This document shows, piece by piece, positions 5,799-6,032 of a DNA stretch of 6,032 nucleotides. The DNA is from Parcubacteria group bacterium GW2011_GWA2_47_7 (GTDB lineage: Bacteria > Patescibacteriota > Minisyncoccia > Phycocordibacterales > UBA6899): positions 26,521 to 32,552 of the forward strand of contig LCOM01000005.1 of the NCBI GenBank assembly GCA_000999395.1. Direction: 5' to 3'. The position numbers and the translations under genes are program-made. The notes beneath the pieces were generated by a model. That model saw nothing but the letters and a program-made list of their open reading frames with translations. It did no database searches and had not been told where the DNA came from. The stretch's first letter is position 1. Every line of letters begins with the position of its first letter.

Positions 5799-6032
5799 GA
5801 GTGAAATGCGGCGCGTTTCTCGAGGCCGTAGAAGTATGCGCCCAGTAAAAGCCGCAACGCTGTCGAGAGTGTGTGCCGGATATGCTTTTGTTGCACCGAA
5901 ATCAGGCCTTCGTCCTGAAATCTGGAAAAGGCACGGCTCACGGTTTCGAGCTTGAGGCCAAGATAGGAGCCGATTTCCTCACGCGTCATGCGCAAATGGA
6001 ACTCTGCCGGCGAATAGCCGCGAGCGTTGAAG
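5753..6032 (-). CDS. Crp/Fnr-family transcriptional regulator, C-terminal helix-turn-helix domain. The N-terminal part lies outside the window, and the C-terminal tail is atypically long and overlaps the GH94 start.
   Basis: The ORF track lists only 5753..5995, from a TTG. The frame is in fact open to the window edge: [52 protein letters not shown] (6031..5876). This is a classic Crp/Fnr HTH with the FNR-class recognition-helix motif E-x-x-S-R (ETVSR, nt 5933..5947). A 41-aa tail follows and ends at the TAA at 5755..5753. Confidence 0.7.

Noticed and set aside
805-6032. Gene-to-gene differences in third-position G+C, considered as evidence of horizontal mosaicism
   Set aside because: My hand counts are too noisy. 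The counts are 16/52 at the GH13 5' end, 31/60 in the middle of GH13, 24/52 at the GH94 start, 26/47 for the membrane protein, 28/52 for the methyltransferase and 34/52 for the Fnr-like segment. Within-gene variation is as large as between-gene variation, so I use this only as weak support for the 5800..5880 junction.

Overview
The window is almost entirely coding. It holds five co-directional genes, all on the minus strand. In transcription order (right to left):
1. The 3' part of a Crp/Fnr-family regulator (5753..6032), which runs off the right edge.
2. A 995-codon GH94 glycoside-phosphorylase-family ORF (2811..5798). Its N-terminus looks like an internal linker of giant cyclic beta-1,2-glucan-synthase-type proteins.
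3. A 187-aa multi-pass membrane protein (2218..2781).
4. A 440-aa GH13 trehalose-synthase-like enzyme (805..2127).
5. The first 216 codons of a membrane-anchored SAM-methyltransferase-fold protein (1..649), which runs off the left edge.

The two edge genes are missing or truncated in the supplied ORF track because they have no stop or start inside the window. I recovered them by hand translation. All other listed ORFs are antisense or alternate-frame shadows of these genes. I see no rRNA, tRNA, CRISPR array, transposase, integrase or recognisable defence or toxin system.

Points worth a second look:
- The abrupt junction and overlap between the Fnr-like tail and the 5'-truncated-looking GH94 gene.
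- A methyltransferase whose glycine-rich SAM motif I is degenerate in a way that reminds me of RquA.
- An FNR-box-like palindrome in the only real promoter region.
- A TreS-like GH13 with no domain C.
- A hairpin that buries the membrane-protein start codon.

All family calls come from motif recognition by eye, with no searches run. I would class this as carbohydrate-metabolism context with some odd gene architecture, not a clearly novel system.
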